DNA from: Microbotryum violaceum
Lineage: Eukaryota
Direction: 5' to 3'
DNA length: 64,000 nt
Assembly: GCA_001244265.2 (NCBI GenBank)
Contig: CDLV01000009.1
Coordinates: 1,240,001-1,304,000, forward strand
The notes under the pieces are model-generated. The model was not told where the DNA came from, did not search any database, and saw nothing but the letters and a program-made list of their open reading frames with translations. A program made the position numbers and the translations under genes. Shown here one piece after another: positions 12,815 to 23,347 of the stretch; positions within the stretch are counted from its first letter, which is position 1, and every line of letters begins with the position of its first letter.

Positions 12815-14307
12815 TCATTGCAACTCAGTCGCCGTATAATCGCCCACCCAACTCTCCGAAACGCCAATATCCTGCGTCAAGACACGATAGGCCCCGTATT
12901 TGAGTGAGGTTTGGTCTCTCATATCGCCTTCGGCGCTATATTCGAGTAAAGCCGTATTTGTGGCGATGTCGATGGCTGATTAAGCGAGACGGCCCTGTTC
13001 TCCGAACGTGACGAAGAGGTTGTGTTGAACCGTCTTTCCGAAGAAGGTGGATATTGGGACGGAGACGCAAGGGTTACAGTCGCGGACCAAATCGGTGATG
13101 CGAGCTTCGTCGTCTGTAGGCATCCTCGTCAGTACAGCTGCCTTCCTCTGCGCAAAGTCTGCAGATGACTGACTCGAGTAGTCGAGGGTGACGACCGGGC
13201 CTCCACATCCATCTCGTCGAAGGATTCTAATCCAGTGAGTTTGACGGCTGAGTCAGCACGTCCCATCACTGCAGCTCCTCCGTCTTTTCAGAAGGAACTT
13301 ACTGCCACGCGTGGAAGAAGCGAGTTGATGTCTTTGTGGCCACGGACTGGTACGTGCGCCATGAGGACAAGATGTTCGACCCTGCATCGTACGCTGTGAA
13401 TAATGGGTTCATCGTTAGCCGAAATGGGCAGCCGCTATATGCTCCGAAGGCACAAGCTTACGTGGCCTTGTGAGGAATCTGGCTCGAACATGTCGAAACC
13501 GTCAGCCCTTCTCTTTGGGGACGCCTTTAACCTTGACCCGGGCCGCAGACTCACTCGATACGTTGCCTTCCTAAAGATGATATACGAGGGGTCGTAGTCG
13601 CCGATGCAGCAGTAGTAACCATCGCCGTTAAAAGCGCCATCGTCGGACTAGCGAGCGGAGTCGACCCCCATCCACCGCGGAGCAAGCGACTCGAAGATTC
13701 GGCTGTCTCAATGCGATTTCGACGAAGAATTCTTCCTCCGCATCAAAGTCAACATTGGGATCTTGTTCGATCGCGAAGTTGGTCCCGTCGAGATTTGACC
13801 TTCTTCTCCTTCTTGATGAGGCGGAAGCGGATGGAAGGTTGCCGGCTCCGTCGAGGCGTAGGAAGTAGCAATCCTGTCTCAAACAACGAGAGGGGCAAGC
13901 GTGACGCACTTTTCACTTGCTCGCAGATGAAGCCATGGGTCTTATTGGACTCACAGTAATATTGACTCCGGCCGGACACCCATCCCGGGTAAGCACCCCC
14001 GAAGCCTGCCATCGCAAGACTCTCGACGCCGTGTCTCCTGCGGTCTGGACCGAAACGTTCCCGTACGTCATCCCATCCCCCGTTGCCAAGAGTGATGTCG
14101 GAACAACGTCTTGCAACAATTGACCCGATTGAAAGGCTTGAGCGGCCTCTGAGGCCTGGGGCGTAGAAGCTGAAGCGGTGGTAGGAGCTCTAGCTGGGGC
14201 GGCGTGGACTCCGAGGCTACTTCCGAGGCCGAGGCCGGGAGCAAGTGGGGGTCATTCAACGAGGCACACGCGAGCGTCGAGATGACGAGTTGGATCCGGG
14301 ACGGCAT
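12815..14307 (-). pseudogene. Near full-length pseudogenised paralog (copy B) of the lyase-like gene
   Basis: Exons LRWQASGVLTRDGCP, DCYFLRL, RQRIE|FLTRP, SWRTYQSVATKTSTRFFHAWQ|ILRRDGCGGPVVTLDY and GDMRDQTSLKYGAYR...SWVGDYTATELQ* align to copy A. Premature TAA at 12980-12982, and frameshifts in the signal region and near 13630. Confidence 0.85.
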
Positions 14308-15033
14308 GTTTCGTCCTACCGAGAAGTTCGATGTTGTCGAGTGAGGAGAGAAGCTGAAGAAGAGTCGAGGAGAAAGTTGGGCCGGGGCATCCCCGCTTTG
14401 TGACCGATAGCACTTTATTGCGGGTCGGAGATGTTGGGCGATAATTCGTCGGAGGCCGCAATTCGTGATCGAGCGTCAAGAGCGCGACCGAGTCGATTTC
14501 GCCCGCGTCCCGCTGTCAGGCGAGGCCTTACCCTGGCCTTACCTGGCCTACTCTTGGCCTGGGCCACAGGCATAATAGCTTCTTCAGCTCTCTCCACATC
14601 GAGCTGACACCAGAAGCTAGGTGAGTACTGGTGTTTCATACTTCATCACTCTCGTACCATCAAGCTGAAGCGGGTTGTAATCCGTGCTACTTGCACCTGT
14701 CAGCTTTGGTCACCAGTGAGGCTCTGTTGTCCGGGACAGCGTGCCTTTCACCCGCCCGCCCGTAAGCTTGGCGAGCTCGAACTCCCTAGGATGTCAAACA
14801 CGCTGCGTAGGTGCGTGAACTCGGTGCTACCCACCCTTGGTGGCCCTACCTAGGTAATGAAGTACTGATTTTAGAAATGTGCGGCACGAGAACAAGCGTT
14901 CTTGAGAAATGCGGCGGAAGCGATTTTCATGCGGAAATTCGCCTTGTCCGGCTTGGCCAACGGATTTCTGACCACGTTCCGGCCTTTCCACCTGCGGCGC
15001 ATGGTTGATAATCTGCATTGTGATTGCACTCCA

Positions 15034-16452
15034 TCAGGCGGCTACTGTCTTTGTCCGATGCCAGAATCGTAGCCGGTTGAGCCCTCTCGTCGGTTCGCTT
15101 AAGTCGGCCGTGGGGACGTCTATGCGGTACTTGTTCGGATGCCGAGTGTCTGCGAATCAATTGAACAAGCGAGAGAGATTAGTTACGGCCATGAGAGGCG
15201 GGAAAGTAGTTACGTCCATGAGAGTGTCAGGTAATCATACCGAAACGAACCTGGGACGAAGGCAGTCAGCGAATGGTAGACGAAAGCACCCGTGGTCGGA
15301 TCCTGTAGATCGGCCGGATTGACCCTAGTATCAGTTTCCCTCCTCAAGTTGCATGTGTCCGGGGAGATGTCACCTTTTTCAACTCGGCCACGACTTCAGC
15401 CGTACTCCATTCGCCCAAGTCGGGTTTCCTCGCTCTTTTGAACAAGGCGGCCCCACTCGTGCCATTCTGAGCTGTGTTGAGAGCGGTTGATGTCCTCGGG
15501 ACCAAACCCTTGAGAGCGCTCGATATGCCCCCAACGGCCCATTGCCCCCATCCAACAGGTTTGTTCTCCTTCTCCACTTGCAAGTTCTTCATCTCCTCCA
15601 ATTCGGCCCTCTTCTCATCCCGAGTGACGAACGCCTCGGGCCGAATCGAATCCTGCCAAATTGCGACCGAAACGAAGCGCTTGATCCAAGGCCACCACGC
15701 CTCTTGATCCATTATCGGGTCGTGGGCCTGGACCCAGAATCGGATACGCATGAGGTCTTGGCCCGTTTGAGGGTCGGTCGAGAGTTGATGGGATATCCGC
15801 CGGTTACGCCGGAGTCGGTTCGACGAGTTGGCGCCGTGGAACGAAAAAGGTTCGATCAGGACGCTTTGCAGCTAGTGGGTTTTGGATGCGATAGAGTTAG
15901 AATCTTTTCAATCGGACCCGTTCGAACTGGGAAGCGGCCCAGACGTACCTCGGAGGACTGCTTGACCCTCTCGGTCGCATCCTCAAAGATCCTCGTCGGA
16001 CTCGCTTCGGACCACAACTCGCTCCCCGTTGACCACAACACCACAACTGCCAACACGCCGCCGACGAGCACGACCACTCCCGATCCAGTCCATACGGAAA
16101 CGACGCCGATCTTTTCTCCGGTGCCTAGCTCGGCCCACTTGGCTTTCGCGGCTCGCATTTGGGCTTCGCGGCTGTCGTGAGGGAGGGGGAAAGGCCCTAG
16201 GTGGGGTCCGGCGGTCGATCCGGAGCCATAGGTGGTGGGGTTGGAGCCTCGTCCACCTAGTTGGGAGAGGTAAGGGTGGGGATCTGCGGAGGGAGAGGAG
16301 GACGAGGAAGAGGAGGCGCAACGGAGGCCAAGTGGGGCAAATGGAGCGAGGGCAGGCAGAGCGAGCGCCAACGAAGGGAGGCGAGTCGGGTGGTGGTGGT
16401 GGTGGTGGCTGGTCAAGCGTTTGACCAAGTGCGAGGTGAGCTGGGCGGCCAT
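15034..16452 (-). CDS. TIM21: Mitochondrial inner membrane translocase subunit Tim21-like
   Basis: Presequence-like N-terminus, a single TM segment followed by SELWSEASPTRIFEDATERVK, then SFHG...RRNRRISH...LMRIRFWV. Downstream exons DPTTGAFVYHSL and ...RTKTVAA*. Confidence 0.75.
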
Positions 16453-16593
16453 GGTGTTGGGTGGGGTGGGTGATGGGGTCTGCGCTGGATTGTAGGGAGT
16501 CAGAACGAGAGCCGAGGCCGAGACTGGACTCGGAGACGTCTCCGGGCAAGCTGTATGGAGCTGTACGCCAGTAGTAATAATAGTAACTAATAA

Positions 16594-18878
16594 CCAGTGA
16601 GAACCCGTTAAATTAACGGGAGGATGAAATTCAAAAAATAGCAGGGTAATCGAACAGTCTACATGATCTCAGCGCAGAGGTTAAGAAAACACCCTACGAA
16701 GTACAGCAAAGAAGCAAATCCATTCATCCTACATTCATCGCCGAAACAGCCTGCATGTCGCTTGTTGCCGGATTTGGCTTCAAACACTTGTGCAATGAGA
16801 TCCGGACGGGTGCATGCTTTGTCCTTCAGCCCCAGTGCAGCCTTGAATTCCGGTGAGTCGGGGTCGTATGTCATCGTGATGAGCAGCGGAGGCTTTCCAT
16901 GTTTGACAACGCACGCCATCGCATCCTGGTATCGCTGCGTGATGTCGCAATTTGGTTCGGGGTCAAGCCTGAGTCAGTCGGTCTTGACTTGGGAGTACAT
17001 CCGTAAATCACAAACTCCAGGAAAGGACGTTGGTTGCAATGCGGGATTGAGAAGTACTCGTCGCGTTCGGCAAGTAGTGCGCAAAGAATTGTGAACGCGA
17101 GACTCACCACCTCGACCCCTTTACTTGACCTTCGTCCTAGGTGTTCAAAAGTTCAATGTCAGTCTGTGCTTGCGCCTTAGACAGAATGGAGCCTCAGAGA
17201 AAGAGCCGAAGACGCGTACGTTCGCCATCACCATCCTCTTCGTCCCCTTCCTCGCCGTCTTCATCCTCATTGTCGCTGTCTTCGTCCTCCTGTTCGTCTT
17301 CGTCATCCAGACCAAGACCGGCAAGTACCTCGCGCAATTGGACACCATTGTCGATCTGCTCTCGGTTTCTGGCGACTGGCGGCCCAGCTTGGTTGAAACC
17401 GCAAAGAGGAATGTTGGGGTGGAAGCCATCTTCCCCTGCAGGAAAAAGTAGTGGGTACCGGAGAGGCATCGCAGACGGATGGAGCGAGCTAACGATTTGG
17501 TACTTGGGCCGACCATCGGGACATCGATCACCGTGCACCTGGAGAATAAGGTCTTGCGGTCCACGATCTCCCGTGTTGGTGTCGGAATCGCAGATAAGCA
17601 TCGCCCTTTCCGTGCTTGACGTAGGAAGGTTGTGGGTGCGTCGGTCTCGGCCTGGTGGTAGGCAGAGGCGCAAGACCCACTCTTTGGCCGTATCCAACCC
17701 GAACGGCCTTTGGCCGAAGCGAACTCCCTCACAAAGCAATTGCCGGTGCGCAACATGGACTCGAGCTTGGTCAGCGTTGATCTTTGTATGCGAGTCTCTG
17801 CGCTGTCGGGTCCTTGAAGTCGTGTGTTGGTGGCCTCGGCCGGGTCGATCAGCGATGTTTGGGCAAAGGCTGGGCGTTGATTCACGGCAAGGATCAGGGC
17901 ACCGAGTCGATGATAGAGTCGACCGAACACGCGAAACACGGGAGGTCCTAGAGTGTCCACTTGAGTTTGGTCCCAGCAGTGGGCAGCGAGCGAAGTAAAG
18001 GACAGTGCGTTATTGTAAGACCGGGCATCCTCGCGAAATGCTTTAGCGTCTGTGTAGGTGCATCGCACAGTTCAGCATGTGGGCCATACTGCAGAGAGAT
18101 GTTGTTGGACGGAGCAACTGACCGCTATCCGAGCCTTGAAGAAGCTGCCGATACTCGAGATTGGGCTGGGGAGGGGGAGGTAGCTGCACCTTGCCCTGCG
18201 AAAACGTGGGGCTTGAGGGGTTTGAGCGCGATTCGAGCCCGGCGCACTCGCCTTTGCGGAGGTGGTGGTGGGGCGAGCCCAGCGTCGAGTTGGCCATCGC
18301 GCTGACCACGCGGTCCGTTCTGCACAGCTGCACGGCGAGCTCGTATACGTGTCGCAATGCCAAGATCGGCTGCATTGTTGTCATGACGCGCCGGGGGGCT
18401 GATTCTGTTGATCGGTGCGGGACGAAGAGGAGGGTCGAGCCGCGGGGCGCCCAGCAGCGGGCGCTCGAGCAGGCCCATGGCAGCCCATGGTACGGCGCTA
18501 CCCTCGCGCCCAAGACTTGGCGAGGTTGCGATGGCCCTCCCTGGCGACCTTGGGACCGGGGCATTACACAGTAGCAAAGGTTTGTTCTTGAATGAGTGTC
18601 ACTAAAATGGGATGAGAGCGGGAGGGAGAAAGGAAAGGTTCGAGGGAGTGGCACAGGATTATTTACGTGGTTTGTTTGTTGTTTAGCCCCCAATGCCGGT
18701 GGTCGACTACCGGACGGGCAATGACACGGCGGGCGCGCCGCATCACGTGACAAATGTTAGCCCTCGCCCCGCGCGTCAGCCGCCAGGCGCCAGGCGGAGC
18801 TGTGATGTAGAAGCAATGTCATGCAAAGCCACGCGCTTGCCGTCCATTAAATGCAATATAAGTGTAAGCATTGTTTGA
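16594..18878 (-). mobile_element. Degenerate, internally deleted Helitron (Rep/Hel N-terminal part only)
   Basis: Frameshifted motifs SQGKVQLPP, RSYNNALSFTSL, GPPVFRVFGRLYHRLG, PAFAQ, LRYPLLFPAGEDGFH and HGKPPLLITMT...RPDLIAQVF. The putative 3' end is the hairpin CCCGTTAA-A-TTAACGGG (16604-16620) followed by CTGG|T on the minus strand. The 5' boundary is tentative. Confidence 0.88.
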
Positions 18879-18880
18879 CG

Positions 18881-19072
18881 TCAACTAAAAAACGAAAGAA
18901 AATACTGGGAGCGCTGTAGCTTCGTTGGAACGGCGCGGAAAATACAAAAGTCACCACAGCGCTTGTACATGACTTCTGATCGGAACATGGACACCACAGG
19001 CAGGTGCGGCAGACACAGCAGTATGCTGGTACAACACAGCCACCACAGGCGGCCCGGAGGGCCGCAACCTAG
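18881..19072 (+). mobile_element. Short non-autonomous Helitron-like unit, or isolated Helitron 3' end
   Basis: Perfect hairpin GCGGCCC-GGA-GGGCCGC (19049-19065) followed by AAC-CTAG|T (19069-19073). The 5' TC at 18881 is tentative. Confidence 0.55.
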
Positions 19073-19234
19073 TTAAAAACAGCGATTTTAGGTACATTCC
19101 TTAACTCACACTTTTTTTTTTTACTAGTTAGGGTAAAGTCTACGCCGCCGACGCGCGTGCGATTCGACCGTTCGGGCCGAATTCGAAATGCTTCTTGCGA
19201 GCCGTCCTCGCTTTCGCAAAGCATCCTTGGCAAC

Positions 19235-20151
19235 ATGGACAAGTTGTAAGCATTCCGGATAGAGGAGTCGGTCTTGCTGTGTGCCCAACTGACCGCCTGA
19301 GCACTCCCTACAGCAACTCGTTCGCGTCCCAAGGTACGGCTTCCCTGTGACCCTGTCTGCGCGGGCTCAACCATCTCCGCGCTTGCTCCGCTCAGCACGA
19401 CTGACGTAACTAATAACGCATTCGCACCGTCTCATTTCCACAGCCAAGGCAAAGGCCGAACAGGGCCGAGTTGCAGCACTAAACAAGATGGATCAACAAC
19501 GCCACAAGCCCCCCTCACCGGCCCGAGGTTCGGCGTCCGGTGCAGGTACGGGTGCAGGCTCCATCGACTCCCCACCTCCGACCCCACCCAGTCGATCTCG
19601 CGCTTCGAGTTCGGCCTCACCCCACTATCCACAACGCGGTGCAACTTCGTCGTGTCCAGTCTTTGTAGGGATAAACGATACGGACAAGAGTGCCTTCTTC
19701 TCCCTGCTCGACGAGTACTTTGCCGCTCGACCACAGTACAAGGCGCTGTTCAACAACCAGGCCGCCACCCCACTTGCCGCCGCTGCCATCGCGGGACACC
19801 ACAATGCGTTGAAAAGTGCACCCACACCAGCACCACCTTCGAGGGGAGCCGCACCACCGAAACCGCCTCCGAGAGCGACACCGGCACCGAAAGGATTGGG
19901 CACAGCGACCGCCTTGTTCGATTTCGATGCGGGCGAGGCCGAGGACTTGGGCTTCAAAGAGGGCCAACAGATTACCATTCTCGAACATAGTCAGTAGTCC
20001 ACCCCTACGTGATTACATAGCAGCATCACGGCATGGAAAACTAATCTTTTCCTGCTTGTTTTGTTTGCGCGCAGTCTCGGACGAATGGATAAGGGGCGAA
20101 TTGAATGGGCAGACGGGAATATTCCCCAAGGTTTATGTACAACTCGATTGA
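19235..20151 (+). CDS. Small proline-rich protein with C-terminal SH3 domain
   Basis: ATALFDFDAGEAEDLGFKEGQQITILEH|VSDEWIRGELNGQTGIFPKVYVQL is a canonical SH3 domain. The 5' exons splice to MDKFNSFASQAKAKAEQGR. Confidence 0.88.
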
Positions 20152-20505
20152 TCATGCAAGTGCAGCATGTAACACAAAGCCAAGCGCAATCGCATGAGGA
20201 GCAAACACTTCCGGAAATGTCGGCATCCATCGAGCAACTTGGTGAGGCTACTTGACTCACTAGTAAGCGAAGGCTTGCCCCACCGGATAAGTCACCCCCG
20301 GATTCGGCGGCGACGTCCTCATTGTCCTGCGAGGCGCACAAAGCGCGATCATCTTCTCAAGGGTGCTACATGTCGAACAAGATGTATTATGAGCCCACTG
20401 CTATAACTACATCAGTTTGTTCTATAAACTCTTGTCCGATGTCCAAGGATCGTTGTGTTCCTTCTTGGGTCTGCTTTTGAGACAAAAACCGTCTCCTGTC
20501 CCAAG

Positions 20506-22789
20506 ATGTCAAAAAGGGGCCACGGCGCCAGGACGGACGGGCGACGCGTACAAGAACAATCCCGCAAGGGCCAGCGCGTCGGTGTAGTCCATAGTCCATA
20601 CTTGCTGAAGACGTCGTTGCGATATCCTTTCGTCTCACGCAATCGCTGACCGCTCATCAAACTCTCTTGGACCGCATCATTCCATCTGCCCCACCGGCGT
20701 GATGATCCCCTCCTCACCCTACTCGCTGTCACCTCGACGGCCCCGTTCGCCACCTTTACGTGCTCCTTCACCACTAGGTCAAGCCAGTCTCATTCTCCAC
20801 GCTGACGGGGTCAGTCCTCTACATCCCCTTCGGTGTTGCAGCACCCGTGTTGCAGCGTCCGCGTTGCCCGTGTTTCAGAGGTCCGGTCGGTCGGCTTGCT
20901 TGCGTCATACACGCCGGCACTATATACGCGCTCGTACTCCTCGATCCAAGGGTCGGGGGGCGTGTACTGCTCGAGGGTGTTCCACCTCGCTTGGCGTGTT
21001 TGATTCTGACACCTCGTATCGTATTGGTAAAGCCTGTTTTGTTCTCACGATATCTGACTACGTCTCTTCACTGGCGCAGAGTTTCGTCCCGCTCCCACAT
21101 TATCGAGGTTCGTCCGTTCCAGCGGGGTGGATTTCGCCGGCCTCGCCACAACGGCCATCCAGTCCGGTAAGTATCACACTTTCAACTCTGCACCCAGAAA
21201 CGGAAAAGTGCGGTAAACATGTCGCTGACCTGTGGATGAGCGCCTGGCTTGCGATCGTTGCTTATGAAACAGAATTCGGGCTCACCGCCGCTACGTCCAC
21301 CTTTACTAGTTGAGTTGGCCTCCCACTTTCCACGCCCTTGTTTCCCCTCGACAAATGAACTAGAATATCATCTTGACCCATTCACAGGTCGCTCAATCCA
21401 TCTCGAGACAAGAGTTGCAAAAGATCAACTGCGACGAATTGCAGTTGCGCCTCGGGAACGTCCTACTCGAGTTTCAGAAACAAGCCTTGGCCTTACGGGC
21501 GATTCAGACCAAGATCAGTAGGAGGTGAGATGCGCCGCTATCTACTGGGGCTCTTTGAGTGTTCTTTTGTTGACGGATGCGGTCATTTCTCGGCTGGGCT
21601 CTGAAAGTTGGACGGTCCCTCAACGAGCCGTTAGGGGTCGGATGAAACTCATCATCGAGCAGTAGGTCACCAGTCCACAATTGTCTCACCTCTCATCAAT
21701 CCCACTCACCCACTTCTTCGTCTCAACAGATTCACCACGAACGCGACCTACCTCTCCAAGTACCTCTCCTCTATGGCCATAGCCTCGCGTCAAATCCTCC
21801 ACTTCATCGCGACCTGTATCCGCGAAACGCACGGCTTGACGGACTTCAACCACGTGCAGGATCTGAAACCGGTGATTGACGAACTGAGATTATTGCATAC
21901 CCAATGGGCGGCACTGACGAGAGCGAACGAGGTGTTTGGGGAAACGTTGAGTAATGCGACGATGGTAGGTTGGAAGGGCTGGTCAGATTTTGGCAAAGCC
22001 TAACTAACGCAATTCGCTGGTTCGCAGTTGTTCGAAGAGGCGATGGATCCGGATCACTGGGGTGAGTCAGGAACCTCAGCTTCCCCTCAAAGAGCATCTT
22101 CGCAACCACCTCACTTCTGACACGATCGTTTTGATATCCCAGTCCCGACCTCCCCCCTCTCCCTCGAAACGACTTCTCTCGCCTCTTCGCACAACGCCCT
22201 CACCCTCGCCTTCTCCCACGTCTCGACCTTCCTCCATTCCCTCGCCATCACCGAATGGCAACCACCCCTTCTCTCCCCTAACGACGTCAAACTCGCCGCC
22301 GGTCAATGGAGAGACGTTGAACGCGTCAGTGCGCAAGCCGCTAAAGAGGTTAGGGGTCCCGTCAAGGGCGTTTTGGAAGGCGCTGTGGTGTGTGCTTTCG
22401 TGGCTAGGGAAGAGGCGGAGAGGGTTTGGAAAGCTTTCGGCGAAGGCTTGGTCGTCGTCGTCGGAGGCACGTTACCGAGACCTTTTGCGCCCGTTTGGGA
22501 GTGGACCGGAGCGGGGGAGATGATGCTGGAGGGGAGAGGGGAAGCGAATCAGAGTTCGGTAGTGGACGGGCAGGAACAAAAATCGCCGATCGGAGTGGAG
22601 ACCGTCGACTCGATGGAAGCTGCCGCAGTCTCGGGTGCTACAACACCTTCGGAAATTTCCTCGCCGCCACCACCGAGAAACACTCGCGAAGCCCAAGTAC
22701 CAGTCAACGGGCAACAAGCCTCCGCCGCCGCCGCCATCGCCGGTGAAAGCATCCTACGACCCCTCTCGACGACGCCTTCGTTTCGGTGA
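20506..22789 (+). CDS. Hypothetical multi-exon, mostly helical protein
   Basis: Series of open exons with canonical splice sites (VAQSISRQELQKINCDEL..., FTTNATYLSKYLSSMAIASRQ..., LFEEAMDPDHW, ...EEAERVWKAFGEG). No family was recognised and the start is uncertain. Confidence 0.55.
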
Positions 22790-23347
22790 CAAGGCCACAA
22801 AACAAACACAATCAAGCTCACCTGAATCAAATCGTGATAGGAACGAATCTTTATGTAACTCGATCGTTCGCTCTTCTTGCTTATCTTAGGCTTTTATCTG
22901 GAAGCCTCGGTTCATACTATCGCGAACCATGTAATCAAAATATTCCGATAGGGTTCTCTCGCTCCGGTTTTCTCCCGGTAGGCACGCCAAGGTGAGGAGT
23001 AGCTTTTTTTCTTTCGTTTCCAAGAAGGGGAACCAGAAAAAAAAAAAAAGGGAAGAAGAGAGGGGGAATGCTTGGATGAGTAGTAGCGAGTTTCGTCGTT
23101 CGAGATGAGAGAATCGAAAGGGGCGGAAAAACACAAGAAACAAAGGAAGAAAAGACAAACGAGAGCGTGGAGAGAACGTAAAGAAAAAGGTATCAGAGAG
23201 GCAAGAGCAAAAGAGACGAGCAAGGACTGGGGGTGGAAGAGGCATAAAATGAGGCAAAGAGAGACTGTCGTGATATGATGGTTGGCTTGACGCAGGGCAC
23301 GGACGGCCCTCGATCCCAATCCGAGCGGGGGATGTGGTCCACCCCGG

